NCBI GenBank assembly: GCA_028534125.1
Contig: CM052816.1
Location: forward strand, 19,036,001 to 19,100,000
Direction of reading: 5' to 3'
DNA length: 64,000 nucleotides
Source of the DNA: Lama glama
Taxonomy: Eukaryota
Shown here: positions 49,431-62,600 of the stretch, piece by piece
Layout of the letters: every line of letters starts with the position of its first letter
Numbering within the stretch: position 1 is the first letter of the stretch
Notes under the pieces: model-generated
The model's database searches: none
What the model was told of the DNA's origin: nothing
Seen by the model: only the letters and a program-made list of their open reading frames with translations
Made by a program: the position numbers and the translations under genes

Positions 49431-52400
49431 GTTAGGGTGAAAGCAGAGAGGAAGGAGTCCCAGTAGTCCTGCTCCGGTGCTGAGGTGACTGCCCTTAGGG
49501 AGGGTGATGCGAGCTGTCACTGCCCACTCGTGTGTTGTCCTTTCAGTTGGTCAGAGCTCACTGGGCCTCACCAGGCACTGCAGAATGTCTTGGCTGTTTC
49601 AGGACTACTCCCCCTGGTTTATTTCAAGCTGCCATTTGACAACAACTCCTAAAGCCTTTATCACCCTCAGCACCAAGATGCCTTGTTACCATACTCTTCA
49701 GACTGGCGTTGAAGGACTCTTCTGTCCTGAGCTCCTGGCACACTCCTGAAAACCTTCTTGAAACATTTTCTGGTTAGCTAAGAGCTGAGCATGCCCAGCC
49801 CCAGGGTGTAAGGCCAGAGCTGAGACCAGGCTAGCATGAGAGTACCTGGACAGTCAGCAGCCCCTGCAGGCCAGGGGCCATCAGAGCCTAGACAGATGAT
49901 CCTCTATAAGAGCAGATCTCCAGGGATGAGAGACCATCCAGGTACTCCTCCCTGGGGTCTCCTCCAGGCTGGGGTGGCTGTGGGAGGAGGTTGTGGCCTT
50001 GCATCTTGCTCTGAAACTTGCAGCTGGCATCTGTTTCTCCCCTTGGGTGCAGAACGCAGTGATCTGCCAGACTTAAAAGGAAAAGGCAACATCTGGAACA
50101 AGTTTGAGTCTGGTGATCAGACAGCTCCTTCCCCATATCTTTGGGCACCTGGCTCGGCAGCCCTGCTGCCTCTTCCCAGAGCTCCTCCTGAAATGTGATG
50201 CTGTCTGCGGGCTTGTCAGTGCCCCAGGACCGGCGGGCCTGGCTCCATTCTCCACCCCCTTGGTCCTTGATCTTCCAGCCTCAGCGGTAATAGTAGCCCC
50301 ACCTCTTGGGATTGCTGTGGAGAGCAATCAATTGCATCTTAAGAATTTAGCCGACATCAGTAGTAAACATTCAAAAAATGATGGATAAAAATAAGTATTA
50401 TTATGGGGAAACTGGGGTAGTTTCTTTGAGGCATCATCTTTGCTCCCATTTTCCTGTGGTACTTTTAAATGATATTTCAAGGGAACTTGACTTCAGCTCA
50501 GAAAGCCCCTTTGGAGTCTCTCCCCTTTGCCTAGCACAGCACTGCACGGTGCTGGAAGGTATAGGAGATGTGAAATAAGAAATACATGACGTGGCTTTTG
50601 CTGCAATGGAACTTTCATTGATGTTGGGGACAAGCAGGCCCACAGACCAGAAAGGGAATAGGGCAGGTATCTAAGGGGTGAATTAAGAGCAGTCGAGTAC
50701 TACAGTGAGGGTACTGCTGGGCATGAGCAGTGTGTAGAAGAGAAACAGCAAGCATGCTGTGATTTGATGGATGTAGAGCAGTCTGGGTTAGCATTGCTCA
50801 AACTGTTCAGCAGAACCCAGGTGTTTGGCAAAACTTAAGAGGTAGTCCACCAAAACATGGCTGAAATCAGGAGATGCCTAGATTCACATTCCCTCTTTTG
50901 AGATAGATATATGAATAACTTTGTTGAGTTCCTCAGCAAAGGAACTTGTTTTAGTTTGGAAACCACCGAGAAACAGCTTTCTTGACTGCAGGACTTTTCA
51001 GAGCCTTTAACACACTGGTGTCCCCATGGATCCCCAAGAGAAGGAACTGATATGCAGTGGTTCCCAAACTTTTATCACCAAGCCTTTCAGGGGACACAAT
51101 ACAGTGTGGGTTAAGCCATGAGAAATGTCACCATGGGGAGTGCAAAGTGAAGAAACAAAGCCAAAGGCCACCATGGAGGATGTGCTTTGGCCTGGCTCAT
51201 TGTGGTGTTGAGGGGCAGAGCTTGGCTCATAGATAAGGAAACCTAGGTCTGCCTCCTCTGTACAGGACCAAGCACATTAGAAGGTACATCAGCATTCACT
51301 CAGTTCACTTAGCAGAGCCACTGAGGCAAAGACCCAGGGAGGGCCTACCACTCTCAGGCCTGTGCTAGTCACTGAGATACAAGACAGAGGTCCTGCCCAT
51401 GGGACTTACCCTAGAGGGAAGTGCCTTTGGAGCCACTCACCCAACCCCAGAGAGAACAGGCCTGATTTCTGATCATCAAATCTGAAAAGCTGTGTGATGA
51501 CATCTTTTTCTTTTTCTGGTCCAGAAATCCTGTTACATAGCTTGATCACAGAGCTTATTCTGCCAACTTGCCTCCTAAAGCGTAAACATGTTTGCACAAA
51601 TTGAATCTATTCTCAGAGGATTTCTTGACAGTAGGGAGGCCAGGAAGCCCTGGGTGCCCGCTCTCAAGACTGAATGTTGACACCTTATAATAATACAGAC
51701 CCTCCCAAGGTGACCACCATGAGAAGTCTACTGATTTGAATAACTAAGCTCTGGTATATTTAAAAAATGTAGTGTCACAGTATTATTTTTCTACCTCTTA
51801 TGGATAAGGCCATGGCTAGATTTTTTTTTCCTGTTTTCTTTGGATCTAATCTACAAACTGATGAAGTCATGTGGATTTGCATAGTCTTAATCCCCCACTC
51901 CTTTTCTGTTTCCCCAAGCTCTGTCCCTCCCTCTGCCCTCTGTTTAAGACCTTGGTCTTCCCTCTCCTGTCTGTTGTCAGTGACCAGGACCTCCACGCTC
52001 TTCTAACAGGCATACTCTCACAGCAGGCCCTCCAGTCTGAAGCTGCCTGCGGGTACTTCATTAACCATGGTGGAGTTTACAGGGTCAGCTCCTGACCTGG
52101 GGAACAAATAGGGTCCACCCAGGGGGCGCTTCTGGCCTTACAGCCACTTACCAGACTGGATGAGGCCCAGCCCTCATGCCTGACTGCATCCTGTAAGAAA
52201 ACCCCAGGGAGAAGGGGTGGTGGTTAAAAAATACACCTTGATACCTGGTTTTGGCTAAGAAAATGATCATCTTCATCCCAAGTTTCAGCTTGTTTGATTT
52301 CTTATCTGGAACTCGGGTCAGATGTTGCACATCCCTTCAGTGTTAGTCATTGGGCTGCACTCCATCCTTGCCCCCATCTGTTGTAAGCATAGTACAGAGA

Positions 52401-53654
52401 AACCTCCTCTGTCAGCAGTACGTCCTGTTACGCAGATAGTCGTTTCAACAAACATCCGTCACACTTGGCATTTCTGGCCTAGGAAAGGATCCGACAAGCT
52501 TGGAAGATTAGGGTAGGCAGAGCCTGCAGTTGGCTCTGTCACTTACCTGGCCTCTTTACCACTTTCCTATCCAGGACACCCAACTGTGTCCTGTACTTAC
52601 ACAGCAAAAAATAGGGCAGGAAGAAGAGGACAGGCTGGCTCTATGATGCTTCAAGGCTCTCTGAATTCCTTTGTTTCTTGCTTGTTTGTGTGACCATCCT
52701 ACATTTGACTAACACTTGAGGCCAGGACCCAGCTAACTCTTGCCAGCAACTTCATGCTTTCCTGGGGCTCTCAGAACCCCACAGTACTCATTGTTCTGCA
52801 AAGCCCTTTACCCACTGATAGGGAGAACTAGATTTTAATGAGGTGGACGGTTGCAACTAGGAAAATGTTAGAAACACTGAAGTTGAAACCCAGTTTCAAC
52901 TGGGTACCCAGTGTGTGTGGACTGTATTTAAATGCTTGTTCCCTTTTTGGGTTGTGTGAGTAATGTTTGAAAATTTGAGAATTTAACCACTTATAATCTC
53001 ACTGTCCAGAGATAGCAGCTGGCACTGAATGCCTTTTAAGTGTGTGTGTACACGTGAAAGAGAGATTTTAGTCTAATTACTTGTTTTTATTACTATCTGC
53101 TATTGACAATCTTCATTGATAGTTAACCAAAGAAAAACATCACTGTATATGCTCCTACAAAGCAAATCATGGGGTAATTAAGGGAGAGCTCCATAGTCAG
53201 TCCCCTCAGCCTCCCAGGGGATTCTGTGGTTGATGAACATTCAAGGAGCACTTGAAAAAGCAGCAGTTTAGCATGACGTGTCAGTTTCCTGGTGACTTAC
53301 CATGAGATGACCAGCCCATTAGCAGACCCAGGTTGCTCAGACCTCAGGGCTGAGGCCAGATGTGGAAAGTACTAAGGAGTGGAGTTCTCCAGTGCTTCGC
53401 AACCCCCACAGGACGTGGAGGTGGCAGCCTGGCTCGAGGATGTGCTTGTCACGGGGCACATGAATCTGCGAAGCTCAAAAACTGAATTTTTATCTGGTCC
53501 TTCATCCGGTCCTTCTAAGAGGCCATGAGGTTGTCCAGGAGAGTGTAAATGTGACCGGGGGCCTCTTGCAACAATTGCCCCATGTCCCCTGCTCTCCTAC
53601 TGCTGGGGGTTGGACCTTACCACTTGGATCAGAGAAAGGAAAGGCCTCATTGCT

Positions 53655-53985
53655 TTGTTTTACAGATATTTTCTCCTGGTCTGTGACTTATTCTCTTAAC
53701 AGCGTATTTGACAAAGCAGAAGTTTTTTCCTTAATTTTAATGAAGTCCAACTTTCAGTTCTTTCTTTCACATACTGTGCCTTTGATTGTTGTATCTAAAA
53801 AGTCATCGTCAAACCCAAGGTCATCTACATTTTCTTCTATGCTGCCTGCTAGGAGTTCTATAGTTTTGTGTGTTATATTCAGGTCTGTGATCTATTTTGA
53901 GTTAATTTTTGCAAAGGCTGTTAGAGCTGTGTCTAGATTCACTTTTTTGCATGTGGATGTTCCAGCACCATTTGTTGAAAAGCTC
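53655..53985 (-). mobile_element. L1 ORF2 fragment
   Basis: gtatctaaaaagtcatcgtcaaacccaaggtcatcta...ttccagcaccatttgttgaaaa. Confidence 0.8.
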
Positions 53986-54279
53986 TCTGCTTTCTTGAAG
54001 ATAAGCTGTGTTGCCTAGGAAACCTTAGTGGTCAAGGAGTCTCACTTCACGATTTCCCGTTGAAGGGTGATATGTAACTTTCATTTCTGCCATCGGGGTC
54101 TGCAAATGCATAGACCAGTTCCCTATCAGGGGTTCTGTTTTTGCTTGGGTCAGTGGAAAAGCACAAAGCCCTACAAAAGCCTGATTCTGGATTCAGGCAA
54201 GGAAAAATGTGTGACCAAAACTGGGTGCCCCTTTCATCTCAGACCTTCCATCTGGGCTCACTTTACATACATCCTTTAG

Positions 54280-55340
54280 AATTTCATTTAGTGAAGTCTT
54301 TTGGTTATAAACTTTCTTAGGCCCTGATTTGAACATGTCTTTATCTTCTTCATAAAGCTTTTAGCTATTATTTCTTCAGTGTCTCTATCGTAGTCTCTTT
54401 CTCCATATGGAACACAAATTGAACATATGTTAGTGTTTTACTCTGTGTTCCATGTCTGCTCGTCTCATTCATGTTTTTCATTTTTGTGTCTCTGGATTAC
54501 TTTCTGGGTAATTACTTCTGATCTGTCTTGTAGAGCTATCTCTCAGTTTAGTAATTCTTTCTTTAGCTGTATCTTACCTGCTATTTAATTCAGTCACTGA
54601 ATTTTTAATTTTTAATTTTTTTTTAATGTCTAGAAGATCTGTTTGGTTCTTTTATGAATCTGCCTGGTCATTCTTTATAATCTCTTATTTTCTCTTCATT
54701 TTCAAAATTTTCTTTAAATATATATTACACGTATTTTTTATGTATCTGAATAATTCCAATGTCTGAGGTGTTTATAAGTCTGTCTGTTTTTGCTGGATTT
54801 TGAGTCATGGTTCAGAAAGCCCACTTCTCTTCACGACTGCAAAGGAATTACGTCATGCTCTTGCTTAGTATATTTATAGCTTAATTTTTTACGTTTTTAT
54901 TTTGACCCATTTGGAATTAATCCTGATCTATAGTGTGAGAGAAGGATGGACTTAGTTTTATTCCAGATGGTTACCCATTTATCTCAACACAGTTGGATAT
55001 TCCTTCCTTTCCCTGGTGATCTGAGATGCTGCCTTTACCACATGTGGAATTTCTAGATTAATTAGGGCCATTTCTGGACTTTCTTTTGTTTCATTGGTCT
55101 GTCTAGTTATATACTTCATAATGTTTCTCATACCTAGTAGGCCTTTTATTCTTGTTTTATTTTTGCAAAAGGTAATTATTTTCTTCATTAAGTAATATAT
55201 ACTGATGATAAAATTTGCATGTTCCCAAGGGACATTCAGTGAGATGTGCATTTCTCTCCCTGCTCTTTTGCATACCCAGTTCTCCTCTCAGACCATCAGT
55301 GTTACTAGTTTCTTATAAATGTTAGATATCTTTCTAAAGA
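54280..55340 (-). mobile_element. Old L1M fragments
   Basis: T-rich antisense L1-like sequence (tttgacccatttggaattaatcctg, ccagatggttacccatttatctcaacac). Confidence 0.6.
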
Positions 55341-58300
55341 TAATCTTTTTCTCTCTTTTCATTTCAAAATAAATCTAGAAAGTAAAATTTCAAAAAGTAG
55401 GGTATCATGAAAATGGGTTCATGTGATATGTAGAGGCTGACATTTATATTTGAGCCAAAATCTGAGGATGGTGGTTCTACCTCAGAACTCCCCCACTTTC
55501 CCTGGTCCCCTCAGCCAACCTTGAGTCCTGACTTGAGACTGTGACGGGTGGCCTGCCTGGATCGTGGACCATCCTGGGCCTGCTTTCTCCTGAGATGACA
55601 GCTTTGTAGTTCATAGTGCCTGCCATGGATGCCACATGTTTGTTCTAATCCTTGAAACCAGGCCAGTGCCTCAGAGAACATCCTGCACTTCCATCCTGCA
55701 ACACCACCTGAATGCTGTGGTGCTTATTCACTTGTTCAGTAATTCATCTGTAATGACCTGTTTGTGAAAGAGTTTCCAAGGTCTGACCAGGTACAAGGTG
55801 CTGAGCTGGGTGCTGGGGTCAAAGGAATTACTGTTGAGTTCAACAGATTTGTATTGAGTGTCTTTGACGGGCCAGATGTCCCAAAGGACATACTAGGGAC
55901 CTCAGGACTGGGAGTATGCCTTCTCCAACCCTGCCTCATCACTGTGTACTCAGTCCCCAGCACAAGGGCAGACATTCTGCAGCTGCTCAGCACATAGGTT
56001 TTTGTTGAAGGGTAAGAAGACCAGTTAGAGGAAGGATGGGTTTCTGGAGGAGGGAATATTGGTAATGGCAGATGCTTCCAGGAACTGGATGAGGATGAGA
56101 GCTGAACTAGACTCCTGGATTTTTTAATGGTGCGTAATTAGGATTAACACCAGGGCATCGTGGGCCAGACCTGCCTGAGGAGAGGCAAGTGGCAGGGCAG
56201 CTGTTGGTGGCAAACAGGAAGGGTTTCAAGAGCTTCTCTCTCACTCTTGCTACAAAAAGGTTTGTCTCAGCTGTACCTTGAAAAGCAGAGGAAGCCAGGA
56301 GCTGCCCAACTGATCAAAGTAGCAGCATCCCAGATGGGTGCTAGAGGTGCCCCCAAGTCCCTCTGTGAATGACCATCAAGAATGGCTTTAAAAGAACTAC
56401 TTACTTACTGAGAGGAGGAGGAAGTGGGTAAGAATGCTACAAATATCTCTTCTCCCAATATCTTCCTGTTAAAATATCAGCAACTAATAAAACATATTTA
56501 TAGTCCTCTTACTTTCTTTCCCTGCCTAAGGGTGCCTATGTCAAGTCAACGCAGAATAAAGTACTATGAAAGCAAAAAGCCACTCCTCAGAGCTATAAAT
56601 AAGTTCCAGCAAGAAGACAAACCCAAAGGGTACCAACCACAGACAGCCTCCCTCCATCTCCCTGCTTGTCTCTTCCCACAGCCCCCTCTAGTTCTGGTTG
56701 CCGAAAGATGACAGATACACACTCTCCTTGGATTTGCCAGGCTGCTCAGCCAGCCTCCGGCTCTAATCTTGGCTCCCACCCTCCCTCCCTTTCTTCCTTT
56801 ATCTTCCACTCCACCTGCTCCCTTTTTAGACAAGTGCCTTCCATCTAGTGGCCAGAAAGCATGTGTTCCCTGGTACTTCAGGAGGCCTGTGGGGTCTACA
56901 GAAGGACATGTGTTGAATGGCCTTTATAGAAGGCATTTATATACGTCTTCTTATAGAAGGAGGCTCGTTCTCTGCCAGAGCTCACATTTTGCCAGTAGAA
57001 CTGTGAGAAGCACGTGGAAATCCAAGGCGTCTGGGAAAGGCTAATCTGTCAGCTTCCCTTGCTGTTGATATCCTGATTGATGCCCCCTCGGGTCATTGGT
57101 AACTGAGGTAATCTTTGGTTAACGTTTCTCTGTTGTCTCTGTAAATCTGAATATTGACTGCTGAAAGTCAATATCTGCTGTTCACTCGGAAAGTGAAGGT
57201 CCTTAGCTTGAGTAGAGTTGTTTTCTTTGCCCTCCCACCTCTGCCCCAGGCAGGTCCTGGCAGTCTCTCTCCTAGATTCCGATTGTGGCTCGTCTTACCA
57301 CGATCTTGGGGGCGTGGAGGGCCATGCTTTGCATGCAGAAACGGTGGGGCAGTTTAAGCAATGAAAACACATGCCATATATTGAGCACTTGCTATGTGTC
57401 AGGCAGTGGCTGAGCCTTCGTGTCTAGTGACCCACTGAATCCTCCGGCCACCTTTGCTTAGGAGGGAGCTGAGGCTCGGGGAGTTTAGATAAGGTCTCCA
57501 AGGTCACTCAGCACAATAACTCATCTCTGAAAGAGTATTTCCTGTAGGTTCTCATTGGAGCTGAAACCTTAGCAGTTAAGAGGAGAACCTCGGGACTCAG
57601 GAGCACTCGGTACACTTTGCATGTCCTCAACCTTTGGTGGACATCTCAGGAGGATGGGATTCACCCAGCCTTCCAAGGCTGGCTCCTGTCTTCGACGGAG
57701 CCATGGCCTGGCTGAAGAGGCAGACGTGGACTCCTGAGAGGGGCGGGCCCTGCACAGTCACAGGTGATTACCGGAGGGCATGTGGTATAGGTGTGCCAAG
57801 GCTGGAGGCAGTCCTATGGCCTGGCGCCCGCAGAGGACAGGTCCTGTGGAATTGGACTGGGAGGACAAATAGTCCCTGACAGGAAGGAGGAAAGTTGAGA
57901 GTTTGTAGGAAGGAGGCATGTGAACACAAGAGACCCAGGTGATGACCATTGGAGTGATGTGTGCTAGGCCACAGGGAGGGGCCATCTGGTCAGTGTGGGA
58001 AGTGCTGGCTGTTGCAGCAGCAGGACACAGAGGTCCTGGAGGAGAAGCACTCAGATGGCCAGAGGTGGCCTGAGGGCTGCCATGAGGAGAGGGAAGGGCG
58101 GTGCCCGGTTGAGTCTGAAGAGGCTGTAGCACTCAGTGGCACTGACGGTGGACTGGAGGGCCAGAAGGTTTTTGCCCAGTGTCCCTTCATTGTCCCCTTA
58201 GTGGAGAGGAGGTGGAATCATGGGTGACAGAGCTTAGGCAAGTTCTTAGACATGTGGCCCTTGGCATTGGGAATCCACTTGGGCAGACAGGGCCAGGGCT

Positions 58301-59429
58301 GGGCTATTAATAAGGTGACCCCAGGAGTGGCAGCCCTTGTTCATGAAAGAACCTGAAAAGTCTCCATGTGCTCAGTTCTTTTTTCCAGAAGCAAGATTAG
58401 GCAGGCTGGAACAGATGTCAAGACAGGAGCATGCTTGTGGCACACAATTGCCAAGGCCTGTGGGGTGGCATATAGCATAGTTTCAGTTTTTTATATTTCG
58501 AAAAGACAAATAGTGCACAAGATAAAGTCAAACGGCGCAAAAGAGGATAGAGCAAAATGTCTCCTTCTGGTGTGGTCTCTGGTTGCATCCTAGGAGGCAG
58601 AGCTGTGCCACGTCTCTGAATGCATGTGTAAGTGCCGGTGCCAGGCGTTCCCCTTCCCTTCCCCACGTGACAGCAGCTCACCACGGCACTGCTCTGCTTA
58701 CTCGCCGTGTGAAAGTCCATCTGGGAAATGGCACCCTGTCAGGGCTCTTTAAATGAGTTTCCTCTTTACACTCTTCAAATCATTGCATTTCAGCAGACAT
58801 CCCTGACTGTTCACCCTTTCCTGAGATGAATTAAGAACAAATGGCTATGATTTTCCTTATCAAAACAAACATACATATTAACCATTTCCTTGCATATTAG
58901 TTTAGAGTCCTTGAAAACAAGTGAATGGTGGGAGAGGTCCTGCCGGCTGTCGCCTGGCCCTGGGTTAGAGCAGATTCCTCTGGCCGTCAGCTTGCCTTCT
59001 GTGGTTTTGACTTGTGCTGCCTCAGACCTTTGGTCCTGCGCTGCCATGCTACACGCTGCTGGGTGGGACAAAAGCCCCAGACCCCATCCCCAGGCAGAGA
59101 CTGTGGGGCCTCCCTGGGTGCTGCATAATATCAAGGCAAGTCTGGCAGCACCGAGGTTAAGCGGGTTCAAGTGCATTTTTCAAACATATGTAAACTGTTA
59201 AGTGTAACAGCAAAGGGTAAACTACCAGGGGAGGAAACACCAGGTTTTCTGTATTGCTTCTCTCCTCCTCCTCTTGGCTCTCACCACATCCGTCTATCCA
59301 CCTAGCTAGCCGGCCAGTTATTTTGACAGAGGAAACTGAGGAAAAGAAAGTATAGTTTCCTCCTCCCAGAAATCAAGCCTGCTACACCATTTTAAAAGAT
59401 AATGTGTGTGGTTGTAGCCTCAGTAATTG

Positions 59430-59630
59430 TAGCTTTTGTTTACAAGTGTTCTAAGCATGTAACTTGGTAACTCGTTAATCCTCACAAACCTAGAGGTGAC
59501 TTCAGTTATCATCCCCTCTTATAGAAGGGGACCCTGAGGCTCAGATGGGTCTTGACAAGTCTCACAGCCCATTGCAGGAGCTTGGGTTTACTCCCAGGCT
59601 GTCAGACAGCACATCCCCAGCTGAACTGCA
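59430..59630 (-). mobile_element. MIR SINE
   Basis: ttaatcctcacaaacctagagg...ttatcatcccctcttatagaaggggaccctgaggctcaga. Confidence 0.65.
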
Positions 59631-62600
59631 GTGCCATTCAGGGCTGAATGCTGAACACAGACCCAGGAGGTGAGCTTACACAGATGTGCTGGAGATTTGG
59701 GGAAGGAAGAGGAAGTTTTCACGAAAGGCAAGATAACACACATCGGGCTGGGTTGTCAGGTTAGCTGAAGATAGTGTTTGCCAAGAATCATAATCTCTTT
59801 TTTGTTAATGTGTATAATGCAAAATTACTGATTTTTTTATTTTGCAATATGAAAAACAATTAGTTTTAGAAATTCTCAAATTAAGCTGCATTTCTATTTC
59901 ATTGGGAGACTTTGTGGGGAAGGTGGGAAACTGGACCAGATGCTGTTTCTTGGACCCCCTAGCTCGTGGGTCCTGAGGAGGGGTCTATAATGTGGGCTTA
60001 GCAACAGTGGACAAGTTAATGTCAGAACATCTGCAGAAAAGCTATAGAATGGCTCATTCTTATAAATATACCTGGTTTTCTGCAGAGAAAATACCTCCTT
60101 CAATTACTGCTATAGGTTTTATTTTCTCTCTGGAATCCCTGGTTCCTCTGAGGCCCCTGGGACAGCCAGACTGGAGAGCTTTGCTGTGGCCCAGAGGTGA
60201 GGCCCCGGTGGTGTGGGCTGACAGCTCAGCGGGCTTCAGACTCTGCCACTTATCTCTCAAAAAGGTGGGATGTGGGCCGGTGGATTCTGGGCTGCCGAGG
60301 GAGTTGGAGGAAACTGTGGTGCAGTCAGGAGGCAGGAAACTCTTAGCAGTCACTCTCCGATTGGGGTTGATTGGGTTAAGGCCTTCCGGAATGGTGTAAA
60401 ACAGTTCTGAACTCAGTGAACTGCTGGTGGCAGCCTGATGAATGGAAAGAAATACAATAAACAGATTCCTTGTCATGTTGTTGGCTTTGTAGCAAATATC
60501 TGTTTTCTCCTTGGGATTACGTGACCATTTGCTTTTCTTTGATTTCTGGTTGTTATTTTCAATATTTCTTTTGTGAGAGGAGGCGCTTCAAACAGTTCTG
60601 TAGAAGCCCCTGACTCTTCCTCTTGCAAGACTTGTGTTTAGAGTTTGGCGCAGCCTCCACATGTCACCTGTTAGCTGTTAGGAGTCTAATTCTGCAAACC
60701 ATGACTTCATCTCCCTAAAGGAAGATAGACAGAATGCTTCAGTACAACAGATAGGGTTCAGTTCAAGACATTTGGATTAAAAAAAAAGGACTCTAAGCCT
60801 TTGGTCTCTGGATGAACTTGGAAAGCAGACCTGTCAAAGGTATTCATGTTCAGACAGCTGGGCTGTAGCTGAGAAGGCTGCCAAATGATGCCGGTATTCA
60901 TGGCTGTGGGAATTTTGTCAAGTGGCCTTAAAACAATCATGTTCAATGAGGCTGGGGAACGTTGGACCCAGGGGTGCCTCTGCTGCGCTTGCTGCTCTGA
61001 CAAGAGAATAAGATCGCCTCACTGGGCCAGGCCAGACGGCACCAGTGGCTCACCACTTGCCAGAGACTGGCCCTGACCAGGAGTGGGACCCAGAGACACT
61101 TGGGTGTTTTGCAAGTTAGAGCTTAAAACAAGCCAAAAAGTTCTTAAAACAAAAAATTAGCTCACGAACTGGCCAGTGTAGCGCATCGTTCAACCTGTCC
61201 CCTGTGCAGTGTTTATAATTGGAGAACCTCACCACACTGAAGGTCCTCCCCAGAGCTGACCACATGTGCTTTGGGCTCCAAACCAGTCTCATGTTGGTCG
61301 TTGGTAATAAAATTAGACTGTCACTAGCCAGGAGGACTTGGCTTGAGGGGTTGGAGGGCCTGGTAAGGGGTTTGTTTCTTCTCCTCCTCACTGCTGTTTC
61401 CCAGTTTCCTTGTCTGGTTTCTTATAGATTCTGTTTGTTTTGTTTAAAGCCTCCAGGGCTGTGGCTTCTGAAAACTCCCTCCAAGGGAGGATCCAAGTGT
61501 GGAACTCTGGAAACTGAAGAAAAGAATTTGTGCCTGTAGATGTGGTGCTTTCTTGGTTCTCTTTCTCAGAATCCATTTTCTCTCAAAGCAGCCAGAGGCA
61601 AAAAAATTCAGAGATGCACAAAGCCTTCCAAGATACAAGATGAGTCAAGTGCCAGAAACCTTCCTCTGTAGGAAGGCATGGGTTCCATTCAAGTGGAGGC
61701 AGAGCTGAAGCTGGCCCTGGCCTAGCCTAGGAGGCGGCCCCCCTTGATAGTGGGGGTGAGGGGCCCATCCCTGTGGGCATGGGGTGCAGTGGCAGGAGCC
61801 CAGGCACAGCATGAGCCTGGGGCCTCCATGAATTTGCTCTTGTTGTCATTTGCAAAGCTGAGGATCACTTACCAGGAAGGAAACTTAATCAGGAAATCTC
61901 CTTTGGAGGAGTGTGCCCTGCCCCAATTCCTCAGCACTCAGCACCCCATCTCCCGCCCTACAGCAGACATGCCCTGGAGAGCAGATGGGAACTGATCCAT
62001 CTTGTTGAGTTGCTGGCATTTTGCACCTCTCCTACCCCCTGCAGCAGGCAGCCCTCTTTTAGCCAGGGAAGCCCTTTATGATTGCCATTTCTAAAAGTGG
62101 ACTGAGGTTTTGTGTGGGGGGCGGGTGTTACTGAATGCTTGGCAAGGGGTGAGTTCGTGCTCTGGGTTCCTGCTTTTGTTCGCAGCCAGAGTCTGTCCTC
62201 CATCTTTCTGGGCTGTGGTCGATGGCCCCAGCCCTCTGCTTGCCGCAGTGCAGGGGAGGGGTGGAGCATGGAACACACACTCATAAAAGGTGTGTCTCTG
62301 AGGTGCTCCGGCTTGTGTGTCCCTTGATGGAGTTGCTATGGTAACTATCCATATGGAAAACATGCAGGAGTAAACAGAAGATAAAGCTCTTGCTCAACTA
62401 GTCAAAGTGTGAATCTCTACCCTTCTTTGTTACCCTACTTGACACAGCTCCCTCCCTACCCCCCAGGACTGAAGGTCCACTCTTTGAAGGTAGTGGGTGG
62501 GAGGGCCAGTTATCTTGGCCGTTGAAGATCAAAGATGAGATGGGGTTTTGCAGAAAGGAAGGAGTCCTGGCTTTTCTGGCTCTTTGAAAAAGGCAGAGGA

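Noticed and set aside
53551..54018. 155-aa hydrophobic ORF
   Set aside because: Antisense reading of an L1 ORF2 fragment.
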